A stretch of DNA of 32,382 nt from positions 73,378,967 through 73,411,348 of the forward strand of contig NC_068987.1 of assembly GCF_001194135.2 (NCBI RefSeq), in the 5' to 3' direction. The translations under genes and the position numbers were made by a program. Origin of the DNA: Octopus bimaculoides. Lineage: Eukaryota. Each line of letters opens with the position of its first letter. Positions within the stretch are counted from its first letter, which is position 1. This document shows positions 1 to 10,813 of this stretch, piece by piece. The notes under the pieces are model-generated. The model saw only the letters and a list, made by a program, of their open reading frames with translations, ran no database searches and was not told the origin of the DNA.

Positions 1-62
1 GTAGTAGTAGTAGTAGTAGCAGCAGCAGCAGCAGTAGCAGTAGTAGTAGTAGTAGTAGTAGT

Positions 63-103
<41 letters not shown>

Positions 104-105
104 TA
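1..105. repeat. Compound (GTA)n/(GCA)n trinucleotide microsatellite
   Basis: Alternating GTA and GCA runs read directly from the window start. Confidence 0.97.
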
Positions 106-485
106 ACGCTGTTGATTTTCTGTTGTTTGATGCCAGTGTGTGGATATTCGGGTATTGCAGTGAATTGCAGTTCGGAGGAAGAAGGTATGGGGGAAATGTT
201 TGTTAATTGAATTAAGTAGTTGGAGAGGTATGCGCATGTCAAGTGGACGCAACATGTATTGTTATCACAGAATTAAAAGAGTTAAAGAATGGAAATGGAC
301 GCAACACGTAGGACAGGATTAGTGTTTAAAGTGTGCTGTTGAGTGAAGGCCATATTTCGAATGTGAACTTAAATGTTTGTATGTGCATAAGTGCGGGAAC
401 GAAATTTACTTAGGGGTTGCAAACGCAGGTCCAATATTTTTACAAACAAGGTCGATTTTTGTCAATATCAAAACAAACACATGTA

Positions 486-487
<2 letters not shown>

Positions 488-559
<72 letters not shown>

Positions 560-583
560 ATAATAATAATAATAATAATAATG

Positions 584-614
<31 letters not shown>
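488..614. repeat. Compound (CTA)n(TAA)n microsatellite
   Basis: Seen directly; it produces the poly-L/I/T/N ORFs in the track. Confidence 0.97.
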
Positions 615-649
615 GTGACCTGATGCAGTACCAGGCAGTGGCTCTCATG

Positions 650-2397
650 TTTAGTTCGTCTACTGTCCATGCGATTACCCCTTCTCCATATCAAAGGCAT
701 GAAACCGCCCAGGTGTTGATAGCTTCGATCTTATTACGTCCGTTTAATTTCGACTTAAGGATCAGTCTCAGTCTGCGCAAATACTCCGCCTTAAATTTTT
801 CTGCCATTTCTTTCTCCATCAGTTTATCCATTTCCAAAATCCCCAAGTACTTATAGCCCGTCTCTTCTATATGCTTCATAACCTCCCCCGACGGTATCGT
901 TAGCCCGTCCATACATTTGATTTTGCCTCTCTTCAAGACTAACACACCACACTTTCTCAGTCCCAGTACTGAAGGTATACACTATCTCAACGAGGGAACT
1001 GACTTGGGCTTCATCTTTACCATAAAGTTTGAGGTCATCCATGAATAACAAATGGTTGACTTTTTGTTGGCGGCTTTTGAATACATACCCAGCTTTTGCT
1101 TTCCTCAGGATCAGTGTTAGTGGTATCAAGTACAGTACTTCTTCCGTATTCTGTCAGGTTTGTCCTCCAATTCGCCATACTTTTTCCAAGCAATCGCTCA
1201 ACATTCGATGCAATACCAAATAGGTTCATACACTCCATAATCCAAGAATGTGGGATCATATCGTACACCTTACATGACATGACTAAGTTATTTTTCCTCC
1301 TCTTGCAGTCTCTCTGTATAGTTTTGTCTATCAAGAGTTGATCCTTGGTACCTCTGCACTTACGCTTGCAACCCTTCTGCTCATGTGACAGGACTCCATT
1401 TTACCCCAGATGTTCGTACATCTGGGAAAAAAATGGACTGGAATACTCTACGAGTATCGACTGTATTCGAGTATTCCAGTTAATAACTTCCACATAAGTG
1501 GCAAACAGGATATCGGCCTGTAATTGTCTACCGTATTGCCTTTTTCGATGTTATTCAGGCACAGCACTGTCCTACTCAATGTCAACCACAATGTCAACCA
1601 AGTGGTGTTGCTCGGTCGGCATTTAACAAGGTCCTGAGTTGCGCAGCTATTCGTGCATGACATTTACCAAATGTTTTGAACATCCACTAGCCTTGAACTC
1701 CATCTGGTCCCGGGGCCTTCAAGTTGCCCATTCTTTTGTTGATTTCCATCACTTCCCTTACTGAAAAGATTAGTTCTGCCTGTTTTGGACAGACTACTGT
1801 TTCAGTTCTTGCAACCATTCAGCATTCTTCTTGTGCTCCTTTTCTTTGCTCCAGATGTCACTCCAAAACCTTTGACTTTCAATATTATCTGCTATCAACT
1901 TTTCATCTGTACACCCTCCAGTTATTTCTTTATTGCATCTCTTCTGATCTACTCTGAATAACCTATTCTGTTGGTATCCCTTCATTCTTTGGTCGAATCT
2001 TACCATCTTTGCTTTCTTTGCAACGAAGCACTGTTTCAGTTCCTCCACTACTACTTTCAGGCCCTTTCTTTCAATATTATACTTCCTTTTCAGTGCCCTT
2101 AATTTTTGTTCGCTTTTAAGCTCCCCTTTCTCTTTTCGGTCTAACACAGAGATTTCCTTCGAGAGCATGTCTAACCCTGCCTGAATTCTTCTTTTCCACC
2201 ATGGATCTTTTCTTTTGTCAATCCCATTATGTTTCTTTTTCTTGACATCGACACCCACATTTTCTGCTACAATACTTGCTGCCTTGATCAAATTATTTGT
2301 TTCTGTGATGTTGTTTGTTCTGATGTATTTCAGAATTTCATTGACATTTTTCGTTTCCAGGTTCAATTTCCATCGATCAACCTTTTAAAGGTTGCAG
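650..2397 (-). mobile_element. R4/Dong-like (R2 superfamily) non-LTR retrotransposon, N-terminal and RT region, degenerate
   Basis: Minus-strand frames give [61 protein letters not shown] (RT YADD-equivalent), YKYLGILE and LKSKLNGRNKIEAINTWAVS. Multiple frameshifts. The 5' part runs into the gap and the element stops after the RT thumb. Confidence 0.88.
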
Positions 2398-3122
2398 NNN
2401 NNNNNNNNNNNNNNNNNNNNNNNNNNNNNNNNNNNNNNNNNNNNNNNNNNNNNNNNNNNNNNNNNNNNNNNNNNNNNNNNNNNNNNNNNNNNNNNNNNNN
2501 NNNNNNNNNNNNNNNNNNNNNNNNNNNNNNNNNNNNNNNNNNNNNNNNNNNNNNNNNNNNNNNNNNNNNNNNNNNNNNNNNNNNNNNNNNNNNNNNNNNN
2601 NNNNNNNNNNNNNNNNNNNNNNNNNNNNNNNNNNNNNNNNNNNNNNNNNNNNNNNNNNNNNNNNNNNNNNNNNNNNNNNNNNNNNNNNNNNNNNNNNNNN
2701 NNNNNNNNNNNNNNNNNNNNNNNNNNNNNNNNNNNNNNNNNNNNNNNNNNNNNNNNNNNNNNNNNNNNNNNNNNNNNNNNNNNNNNNNNNNNNNNNNNNN
2801 NNNNNNNNNNNNNNNNNNNNNNNNNNNNNNNNNNNNNNNNNNNNNNNNNNNNNNNNNNNNNNNNNNNNNNNNNNNNNNNNNNNNNNNNNNNNNNNNNNNN
2901 NNNNNNNNNNNNNNNNNNNNNNNNNNNNNNNNNNNNNNNNNNNNNNNNNNNNNNNNNNNNNNNNNNNNNNNNNNNNNNNNNNNNNNNNNNNNNNNNNNNN
3001 NNNNNNNNNNNNNNNNNNNNNNNNNNNNNNNNNNNNNNNNNNNNNNNNNNNNNNNNNNNNNNNNNNNNNNNNNNNNNNNNNNNNNNNNNNNNNNNNNNNN
3101 NNNNNNNNNNNNNNNNNNNNNN

Positions 3123-3166
3123 TTCTTCTTCTTCTTCTTCTTCTTCTTCTTCTTCTTCTTCTTCTT
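3123..3166. repeat. (TTC)n tract, i.e. the (GAA)n 3' tail of the adjacent minus-strand LINE
   Basis: About 15 TTC units directly abut the LINE 3' end at 3169. Confidence 0.9.
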
Positions 3167-3168
3167 TA

Positions 3169-3843
3169 AGACATCGCACAGTATCCAATGTTGTAAATTG
3201 AAAATATTGTGTTTACCGGGGGTTTGTACTGTCTGTCAAGTCACAACAAGGACCTCAGACAGGCACTACTTTACGCAGCATGCGTGCAGTTCCAAGTAAA
3301 ACCGATTTTTGCAATAAACTAAGATAATAGGGTATTTCTAAAGTGTCCAGATGTTTCTTCAAGTTAGGTGGTATTGAACTCAATGCTCCGGTAACAATAG
3401 GGATAACCTTTATGTTTGACCCTCGCAACTGTCACATCTTGGTGATCTAAATTCTCAGGTCTCCATATTTATCAACTCTTTTTCTTTCTTTCACGATAGT
3501 ATGTTGATCTCCTCGCTCTGCCACGTTGATTATTAGGCACTCTTGTCTATCCCTCCTAAAGGTTACCATATCTGGCCTGCGGTGCTCTAACAACTTATCT
3601 GTCTGGAAGTCAAAGTCTCAGATCCTCTGAGACTTTGACTTCTCTTTCTCGTTTTCGTCCATTACCGTTTCCGATGTATGTTGGTACCAAACACCCGTTA
3701 CCTCGTTTCCACACTTCTGGCATAGTAGCCAGTGAAGGTTTTGGACTACCTTGTGTCTACGTTTGTACTCGTTCTGCGCAAGACTTTCACAAGCACCAGC
3801 AATGTGAGTAACGCTTTCGACCTTCTTCCCACATATTTTGCAT
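3169..3843 (-). mobile_element. R4/Dong-like LINE 3' end (CCHC knuckle, REL endonuclease, 3' UTR), 5'-truncated
   Basis: CKICGKKVESVTHIAGAC (CCHC), YKRRHKVV, DFQTDKLLEHRRPDMV (PD motif), VDKYGDLRI, KVIPIVTGAL and LQKSVLLGTARMLRKV, with in-frame stops. Confidence 0.88.
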
Positions 3844-3860
3844 ATCATCATTATTATTAT

Positions 3861-4174
3861 AGACGTCGCACAGTATACAATATCGTGAAGTTGTTGATTG
3901 AAGATATTGTGTCTACCGGTTGTTTGTACTGTTTGTCAAGTCACAACAAGGACCGCAGACAGACAGTACTTTACGCAATATGCGCGCAGTTCCAAGTAAT
4001 GCTGACTTTTGCAATACATCTAGATTGTAGGGTATTTCTAAGGTTTTTAGATGTTTTTCCAGATTGGGTGCTATTGAAGATAATGCTCCGATGACAATAA
4101 GGATAACCTTTATGTTCGATTCTCGTAGGTGTCACATCTTAGCGATCTCAATTCTCAGGGCTTCATATTTATCA

Positions 4175-4177
<3 letters not shown>
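3861..4177 (-). mobile_element. Second R4/Dong-like 3' end, 5'-truncated, with a short (TAA/TGA)n tail at 3844-3860
   Basis: Colinear with 3169-3477 at roughly 80 percent identity by eye; encodes DKYEALRIEIAKM..KVILIVIGAL..LQKSALLGTA. Confidence 0.88.
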
Positions 4178-4232
<55 letters not shown>

Positions 4233-4282
4233 ATTCTTCTTCTTCTCATCATCATCATCATCATCACCATCATCGTCATTAT
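4178..4282. repeat. Compound (CTA)n(TTC)n(CAT)n microsatellite
   Basis: Seen directly. Confidence 0.95.
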
Positions 4283-4283
4283 T

Positions 4284-4451
4284 GAACGAGAGAGCAGTGT
4301 AGGCTATCAAAATGACACTGGGGTAAAATATACAAAGCCCAGTATACCCATCATGACTACCCGTCTGATAATGGTACACCAGGCACATACATCACAACCA
4401 TATGTGAGCGAAATGGTGATCTCATATCAAGAAAAGCAGCGCATGACCTTG
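4284..4451. mobile_element. Terminal fragment of an unclassified non-coding interspersed repeat
   Basis: GAGAGCAGTG..GACACTGGGGTAAAATATAC..CATCATGACTACCCGTCTGATA resembles an Octopus repeat I recall; not verified by search. Confidence 0.45.
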
Positions 4452-4460
4452 TATATATAT

Positions 4461-5627
4461 CCCTTCATCGAGATGACCTGATCTCGATCGATCAAGCCAA
4501 GGCCTCTTTCGAGGTGGCATTCAACTGACCCTGCCGATCACCTCTTTTCAGCCACAACTATATCCAGATGCTTTCTCAACAGTCTCTGCGTTATCCTTGA
4601 TACCTCTTCGGACTCATTCCTGTAGTTCCTAATGTTCCATAGGCCTCACTCGGGCAATGACTTGCGAACCCTCGACTTCTAGTTTCCTCTGACAAACACC
4701 GGGTTCTCCACCCATTCTTACGGCAATCCTTCACCAATTCCGAATACTTGCTCTCTTTCTCTGTTGTATCTCCTCCGCCCTCTCTTCCCATGAATCAGTT
4801 GACTCTAATAGGTTTAGCTGCGTTGTTGTCTTAAATACCAAGACGATATTTGCTTTCGACAAGACCTGGTATATGATGGAAATCCTAGCTGCTTCTCAGG
4901 TCAATTTCTCATCACCCAGTCATGTGCTACGGAAAATAAACTGAGTTGTTCTTGGGTCTTTTTTGTGGTTACTCTCCTTCCATAACAAAGGCTACCTTTA
5001 TGGTTGTAGTACTGACATTTTTTTCTATCACTGTTCCCCTTGCTGACTCTTCAGCGATAGTGTTGAGAACCTGATTGTGTTTCAGGCGATAGCGTCTCTT
5101 ACTCAATGCTTTGTATCAGCTATTAAGGATTTGTTAGCGGATCTCCGTCTTAAATATAGGGAGCATGCAAGGGTTTTCACTAAGCTCCGTGGAAATAGGT
5201 TGGATGGGCTAAGGAGGGTTTCATAGATTCCATCCCGCTGGATGAAGAACTTAAAATCAACAGCTGGTTGGTTCCGCCTTCAAGTGTTCTACCAGATGTT
5301 ATTACACTCAATCACCTGTTCCCGAGAACTGTTTTCGCATCGCCACCGCTCTGCTTGTCTGCTCTTTCTCCACTAATGCTTAAACACCTTCTTGCACAAG
5401 CTTTTTCCTCTTCTTTCCTGCTACTTGGGTCATATTGAGTTGTAAGCGCTTCCGAATATGGCTTTGCCCGTGCCATACTCCCGTGAAGGGTCTCCACTGT
5501 CGCTCCATTGCTACCGGTAATGCTTCAGCTGACTTCTACTACTTCCATGTTCTCATTGCAATCTCTGCAATGGGTACTTTGGTGCCCTTTGAACAAATAT
5601 CAAGTGTTCTCGTACCCGTATTACCCT
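4461..5627 (-). mobile_element. HERO-like non-LTR retrotransposon, C-terminal half and 3' UTR, degenerate
   Basis: Broken frames give IKFLIQ, ACSL..ALSKRRYRLKHNQVLNTIAE (zinc knuckle and RH motif), VAFVMEGE, KYSELVKDCRKNGWRTRCL..RGFA and LWLKRGD, matching the HERO REL-endonuclease C-terminus as I know it. Confidence 0.75.
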
Positions 5628-5831
5628 GAATTAAAAAAAAAAACTCGCTAATTACCGAAAGATAGTATAAATTACAAGGTTTTCAAGTGTGCTACGAAAA
5701 TGTTCATGTCCCGAGAAACAAAAAGTGAATATTATGTAATTGTGTGTTCTTAACTAAAATTATTACCCTTCCGCGATTTGGCAGTCATATCTTTCATTTC
5801 CTTTCGTGCGCATGTGTGTAGATATGCGTGG

Positions 5832-5832
5832 A

Positions 5833-5893
<61 letters not shown>

Positions 5894-5911
5894 GTGTATA
5901 TATATATATAT
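5832..5911. repeat. (TA)n/(TATG)n microsatellite flanking the Tc1 insertion
   Basis: Seen directly; runs into the gap. Confidence 0.95.
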
Positions 5912-6031
5912 NNNNNNNNNNNNNNNNNNNNNNNNNNNNNNNNNNNNNNNNNNNNNNNNNNNNNNNNNNNNNNNNNNNNNNNNNNNNNNNNNNNNNNNNN
6001 NNNNNNNNNNNNNNNNNNNNNNNNNNNNNNN

Positions 6032-7577
6032 TATTAGGCAAATCAACCTTCTCTCAATAAATAAATGTATATTCACTCAAAACCAATTCTTTTTCCACTG
6101 ACTCTTGGCACCACCTGTCTGAGCACATTTTGTTAAAATGGTGGCCATTATCGTGTAGCAGCAACATTTCTGCTGTCCCAAATTATTAGGCAGGTGCCCA
6201 ATTTAAGTGTCATTATGGATCAGAAACGTGATTTTACCTTCAATGAAAAGTCTATCATCCTGTCAGAGCTTGGAAAAGGGAAAACAACCATAGAAATATC
6301 AAAAATACTGGGAAGAGATCACCGAAAAGTGAAGATGTTTGTGCAGCCTCCTATTTCTGTCCGGTCGAGGGCAGATAAGGGTAAGTCAAGGGTTGTTTTG
6401 ATTAGTACTTTGTCACGTGTGAAAAGGGAAGTTGTGCAGAACCCATGTCCTACAAGTAAAGAAGTCTTCTTACGTTGTGGCAGGGAAAACTATCGAAAAT
6501 TACCAGGCGTCGCCTCTTGAAGCAGGTAGCCAGGAATGTTAAACTTGTTACAAGGCCCCTCTGAGGGCTGTTCATAAGCAGAAGAGACTAAAATGGGCAG
6601 AGGAATACATGAAGATAGGTTTTTCAAAAGTTCTGTTCACTGATGAATGTCGTGCTACGCTTGACGGACCAGATTATTGGAGTAGATGTTGGGTATCAAA
6701 CAGTTTAAACCGTCATCATTTGAGACGCCAACAGGGGGGAGATGGGGTCATGTTTTGGGCTGACATCGTTGGTGGTATGATGGTCGAGCCATGGAAAGTC
6801 CCAGACGGCATTAAGATGACATCGAAAACATATATTACCGTTTCAAAGGAAAATTTCCAACTGTGGTTCAAACAGCAAAAACGTTCATTCAAGAGAAAGC
6901 TGGCCTTCATGCAAGATAATGCCCCGTCTCATGCAGCAAAAAATTCTAAGAAATACCTTCAGCAAATGGGCTTCTCTAGAGGTAGTTTGAGGGAGTAACC
7001 ACCTTATTCTTTTGACTAAAACCCGATCGAGAACCTATGGAGTGTCCTGAAGAGGCGCGTTTACCAAGATGAACGGCAGTTTTCAAGTAAAGTTGCCCTC
7101 TGGGATGCTATTGCAGATGCTGCTCAAAGCATGACACAAGAGGATATCATCACCTTGACAAATTCAATGGATCAGCGTATAAGGAAGGTAATTGCACGTT
7201 GAAGATCATATATCAAACATTAAGAGCTATATGACATCATAATCCCATGATTATCTTCATACAAACTTATTATGTTTACCATTAAGTCCTTTATTAATAA
7301 TTTTTTTTGTTAAACCTTTACTATTGAATTAAATAAATGTTTGTTCTGACACAATTATCATTTTATTATACTTGCCTAATAATTTGTGACGGTGAAAATG
7401 TTGCCCAATCACAAAAATGGCCGCTATCTATTGGTGTCTGCACGGATCCGGTTTATTTTAACAGAATGTGCGCAGATAGGCGTTGCTAACAGTCAGTGGG
7501 AAAACAACTGCTTTTGAACGAATATGCATTTATTTACTGAGAGAAGGTTGATTTGTTTAATAATGTAGGACGCAGAG
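6032..7577 (+). mobile_element. Tc1-like DD37E (TRT-like) DNA transposon with about 200-bp IR/DR-type inverted repeats
   Basis: The left arm 6032-6192 matches the reverse complement of 7373-7577, apart from a roughly 30-bp indel. The right end is followed by TA (7578-7579) in a TA run. The left terminus lies in the gap. Confidence 0.92.
6215..7223 (+). pseudogene. Inactivated DD37E transposase
   Basis: MDQKRD..ILGRDHRKVK (HTH), FTDECRATLDGPD (D1), QDNAPSH (D2) and NPIENLW (E), with 37 codons counted between D2 and E. Frameshift near 6500 and several stops. Confidence 0.9.
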
Positions 7578-8299
7578 TATATATATGNNNNNNNNNNNNN
7601 NNNNNNNNNNNNNNNNNNNNNNNNNNNNNNNNNNNNNNNNNNNNNNNNNNNNNNNNNNNNNNNNNNNNNNNNNNNNNNNNNNNNNNNNNNNNNNNNNNNN
7701 NNNNNNNNNNNNNNNNNNNNNNNNNNNNNNNNNNNNNNNNNNNNNNNNNNNNNNNNNNNNNNNNNNNNNNNNNNNNNNNNNNNNNNNNNNNNNNNNNNNN
7801 NNNNNNNNNNNNNNNNNNNNNNNNNNNNNNNNNNNNNNNNNNNNNNNNNNNNNNNNNNNNNNNNNNNNNNNNNNNNNNNNNNNNNNNNNNNNNNNNNNNN
7901 NNNNNNNNNNNNNNNNNNNNNNNNNNNNNNNNNNNNNNNNNNNNNNNNNNNNNNNNNNNNNNNNNNNNNNNNNNNNNNNNNNNNNNNNNNNNNNNNNNNN
8001 NNNNNNNNNNNNNNNNNNNNNNNNNNNNNNNNNNNNNNNNNNNNNNNNNNNNNNNNNNNNNNNNNNNNNNNNNNNNNNNNNNNNNNNNNNNNNNNNNNNN
8101 NNNNNNNNNNNNNNNNNNNNNNNNNNNNNNNNNNNNNNNNNNNNNNNNNNNNNNNNNNNNNNNNNNNNNNNNNNNNNNNNNNNNNNNNNNNNNNNNNNNN
8201 NNNNNNNNNNNNNNNNNNNNNNNNNNNNNNNNNNNNNNNNNNNNNNNNNNNNNNNNNNNNNNNNNNNNNNNNNNNNNNNNNNNNNNNNNNNNNNNNNNN

Positions 8300-8359
<60 letters not shown>

Positions 8360-8475
8360 GCAGAGAGAGAGAGGCAGAGAGAGAGAGAGAGGCACAGAGA
8401 GAGAGGGTGACAGATAGACGACAGACAGACAGACAGATAGATAGTGAGACACACATATACACACACATACACACA
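8300..8475. repeat. (GA)n, (GACA)n and (CA)n compound microsatellite
   Basis: Seen directly. Confidence 0.95.
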
Positions 8476-8708
8476 CTAGAGCTTTACCCATGATATGATT
8501 TGTTATTTTGGACGTACATTTTTGCTACCATGAATAATAACAGGAAATGCGCCGTACATACAATAATTATAATTCAACTCATGAAATTTGCTCTTTTCTT
8601 GTTGCCTTCTTTTTCTTTCCCATGCTAATCTTCGTTGCTTTTCTTGCTTACTTTCTTCCATTTTGTAGTTTCATGAAACAACTGGGGGGAAAAAAAAATA
8701 CTCATACA

Positions 8709-8985
8709 GGCGCAGGAGTGGCTGTGTGGTAACTAGCTTGCTTACCAACCACATGGTTCCGGGTTCATTCCCACTGCGTGGCACCTTGGGCAAGTGTCAT
8801 TTACTATAGCCTCGGGCCGACCAAAGCCCTGTGAGTGGATTTGGTAGACGGAAACTGAAAGAAGCCCGTCGTATATATATATATGTGTATGTATGTATGT
8901 GTGTGTGTGTGTGTCTGTGTTTGTCCCCCCAGCATCACTTGACAACCGATGGTGGTGTGTTTACGTCCCTGTAACTTAACGTTCG
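8709..8985 (+). mobile_element. tRNA-derived SINE, family A, 3'-truncated, with internal microsatellite
   Basis: A-box TGGCTGTGTGG, B-box-like GGTTCATTCC, CORE-like CCTTGGGCAAGTGTC and an internal (TA)/(TG) tract. Homologous to the copies at 18684, 22273 and 26441. Confidence 0.88.
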
Positions 8986-9481
8986 TGTCACTTCATAATA
9001 AGTCCCCAAGCATTCTAAATATGATATGCTTGTTTAGAGATGATATACTCTATTAACTTTAGATTTTTTAAAAATTATTAACGAAATAGAAATTCTGTTT
9101 AACTAAAACGGAAAAAACAATTTTTTGAGAGTCAGATAAAATATTTACTGGTGTTAAATTTTGCTAGTTTTCTAGTTTAATATTCGACAAATTTTACATG
9201 CTATAATAATACATCGACTGCTTTTAAATTACGTAACCTCACTTCTCCTTCCGCTGTCGGTTGTTACATTTGGGACCACACGCAAAAAACATTCTGGAAT
9301 CCGAGAGTGTCAACAAAAATTCTAAAGTATGCTGTTTTATTGTTTGTCTTAAGTAATACAGAACGTTAATTAAGTCAGTTTAATTAATCTTTCTAATCAC
9401 TGGTATCATTTACACTACATATGTGGAAGCCCCGAATGTTTACAAAAACCCACGTTTATTTTTGTACATTACTAACTTTTA

Positions 9482-9534
9482 GTAGTAGTAGTAGTAGTAG
9501 TAGGTGGTGGTGGTAATGGTGGTGGTGGTGGTGG
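9482..9534. repeat. (GTA)n(GGT)n microsatellite
   Basis: Seen directly. Confidence 0.92.
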
Positions 9535-9585
9535 TATTCAATCCTCATTCAAACTTCTGAATCAACAAACACGAGATCTTTTCTG

Positions 9586-10470
9586 GGATCTTTTCCTTTT
9601 GGCCGACACATAGAAAAACAAAAAGTTTTTGTAACTAAACACTTTCAAATTTCGTATACTGGTAGAATGTGTCATTTAAGACATCATTTACTCTTGGCGT
9701 TTTTAAGAAAATTCTTTATTTTCGAAGTTATTTCGTGTTAAAGTTGTATTTCGGTAATTTCAACCAATCAATGACGTCTATTGAGGCGAGAACAATTACT
9801 GCTGTGGTTTGTCAACAAGACGTTCTGGCGGTGTAAATTTATTTTGTCACTGTTATTTATGACATCGNNNNNNNNNNNNNNNNNNNNNNNNNNNNNNNNN
9901 NNNNNNNNNNNNNNNNNNNNNNNNNNNNNNNNNNNNNNNNNNNNNNNNNNNNNNNNNNNNNNNNNNNNNNNNNNNNNNNNNNNNNNNNNNNNNNNNNNNN
10001 NNNNNNNNNNNNNNNNNNNNNNNNNNNNNNNNNNNNNNNNNNNNNNNNNNNNNNNNNNNNNNNNNNNNNNNNNNNNNNNNNNNNNNNNNNNNNNNNNNNN
10101 NNNNNNNNNNNNNNNNNNNNNNNNNNNNNAAAAAAACAAACTAATAACTGAATTGATTAAACTATATACACGTGTATCTCAAATGTAAATATATCAGAAA
10201 TAACAGTGACAAAGTAAATTTACACCGCCATAACGTCTTGTTGACAAGACACAGCAGTAATTGTTTTCACCTCAATAAACGTTATAGATGGTTGAAATTA
10301 CCGAAATACGACAACTTTAACACGAAATAACTTCGAAAATAAAGAATTTTCTTAAAAACGCCAAGAGTAAATGATGTTTTAAATGACACATTCTACCAGT
10401 ATACGAAATTTGAAAGTGTTTAGTTACAAAAAATTATTTTTTTTATGTGCCGGCCAAAAGTAAAAGATCA
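9586..10470. mobile_element. Fold-back MITE with about 280-bp inverted arms and 8-bp TSD CTTTTCTG
   Basis: The arm 9586-9865 is the reverse complement of 10191-10470. Termini are GGATC and GATCA. CTTTTCTG occurs at 9578-9585 and 10471-10478. The centre is a gap. Confidence 0.92.
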
Positions 10471-10687
10471 CTTTTCTGTTTCACTCACAGTTTTTGAAAT
10501 TTTAAAATTAAGTGAAAGTTTTCAAATTTGGTATATTGATGTAATTTTACACACTGAATCTGTTTTTGCTATTCACTTGTTGCAGAAATTTTTTGGGAAA
10601 AATGTTACAGAGGTTTGATTATTTTTATCCAATCAGAATGTGTACGTGATAGCTGTCTATGATAATATTCTTTTTTTACTCTAGGAA

Positions 10688-10813
10688 CAAGGCCCGAAAT
10701 TTTGGGGAAGGGAGCCAGTCGATTAGATCGGCCTCAGTACGCAACTGGTACTTAATTTATTGACTCCGAATGGATGAATGGTAAAGTCGACCTCGGCGGA
10801 ATTTGAACTCAGA
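10688..10813 (-). mobile_element. tRNA-SINE, family B, fragment
   Basis: GTCGACCTCGGCGGAATTTGAACTCAGA and flanks are the reverse complement of the body of 17947-18166. Confidence 0.8.

Noticed and set aside
1-285. Stop-free minus-strand frame (..ISPIPSSSELQFTAIPEYPHTGIKQQKINSV, then poly-T/A) as a possible host exon
   Set aside because: No start codon, no AG acceptor after the upstream pyrimidine tract and no recognisable domain; over a third of the length is microsatellite.
245-310. Repeated GGACGCAACA(T/C)GTA motif about 52 bp apart
   Set aside because: Only two copies with no further structure; likely a small local duplication.
377-856. ORFs with poly-L/I/T/N/S runs, and all YIYI/HTHT/SLSL/X-rich ORFs elsewhere
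   Set aside because: They are translations of microsatellites or N-gaps, not proteins.
8709-8780. tRNA gene calls at SINE heads
   Set aside because: A/B boxes are present but there is no intact cloverleaf, and each head continues into a SINE body.
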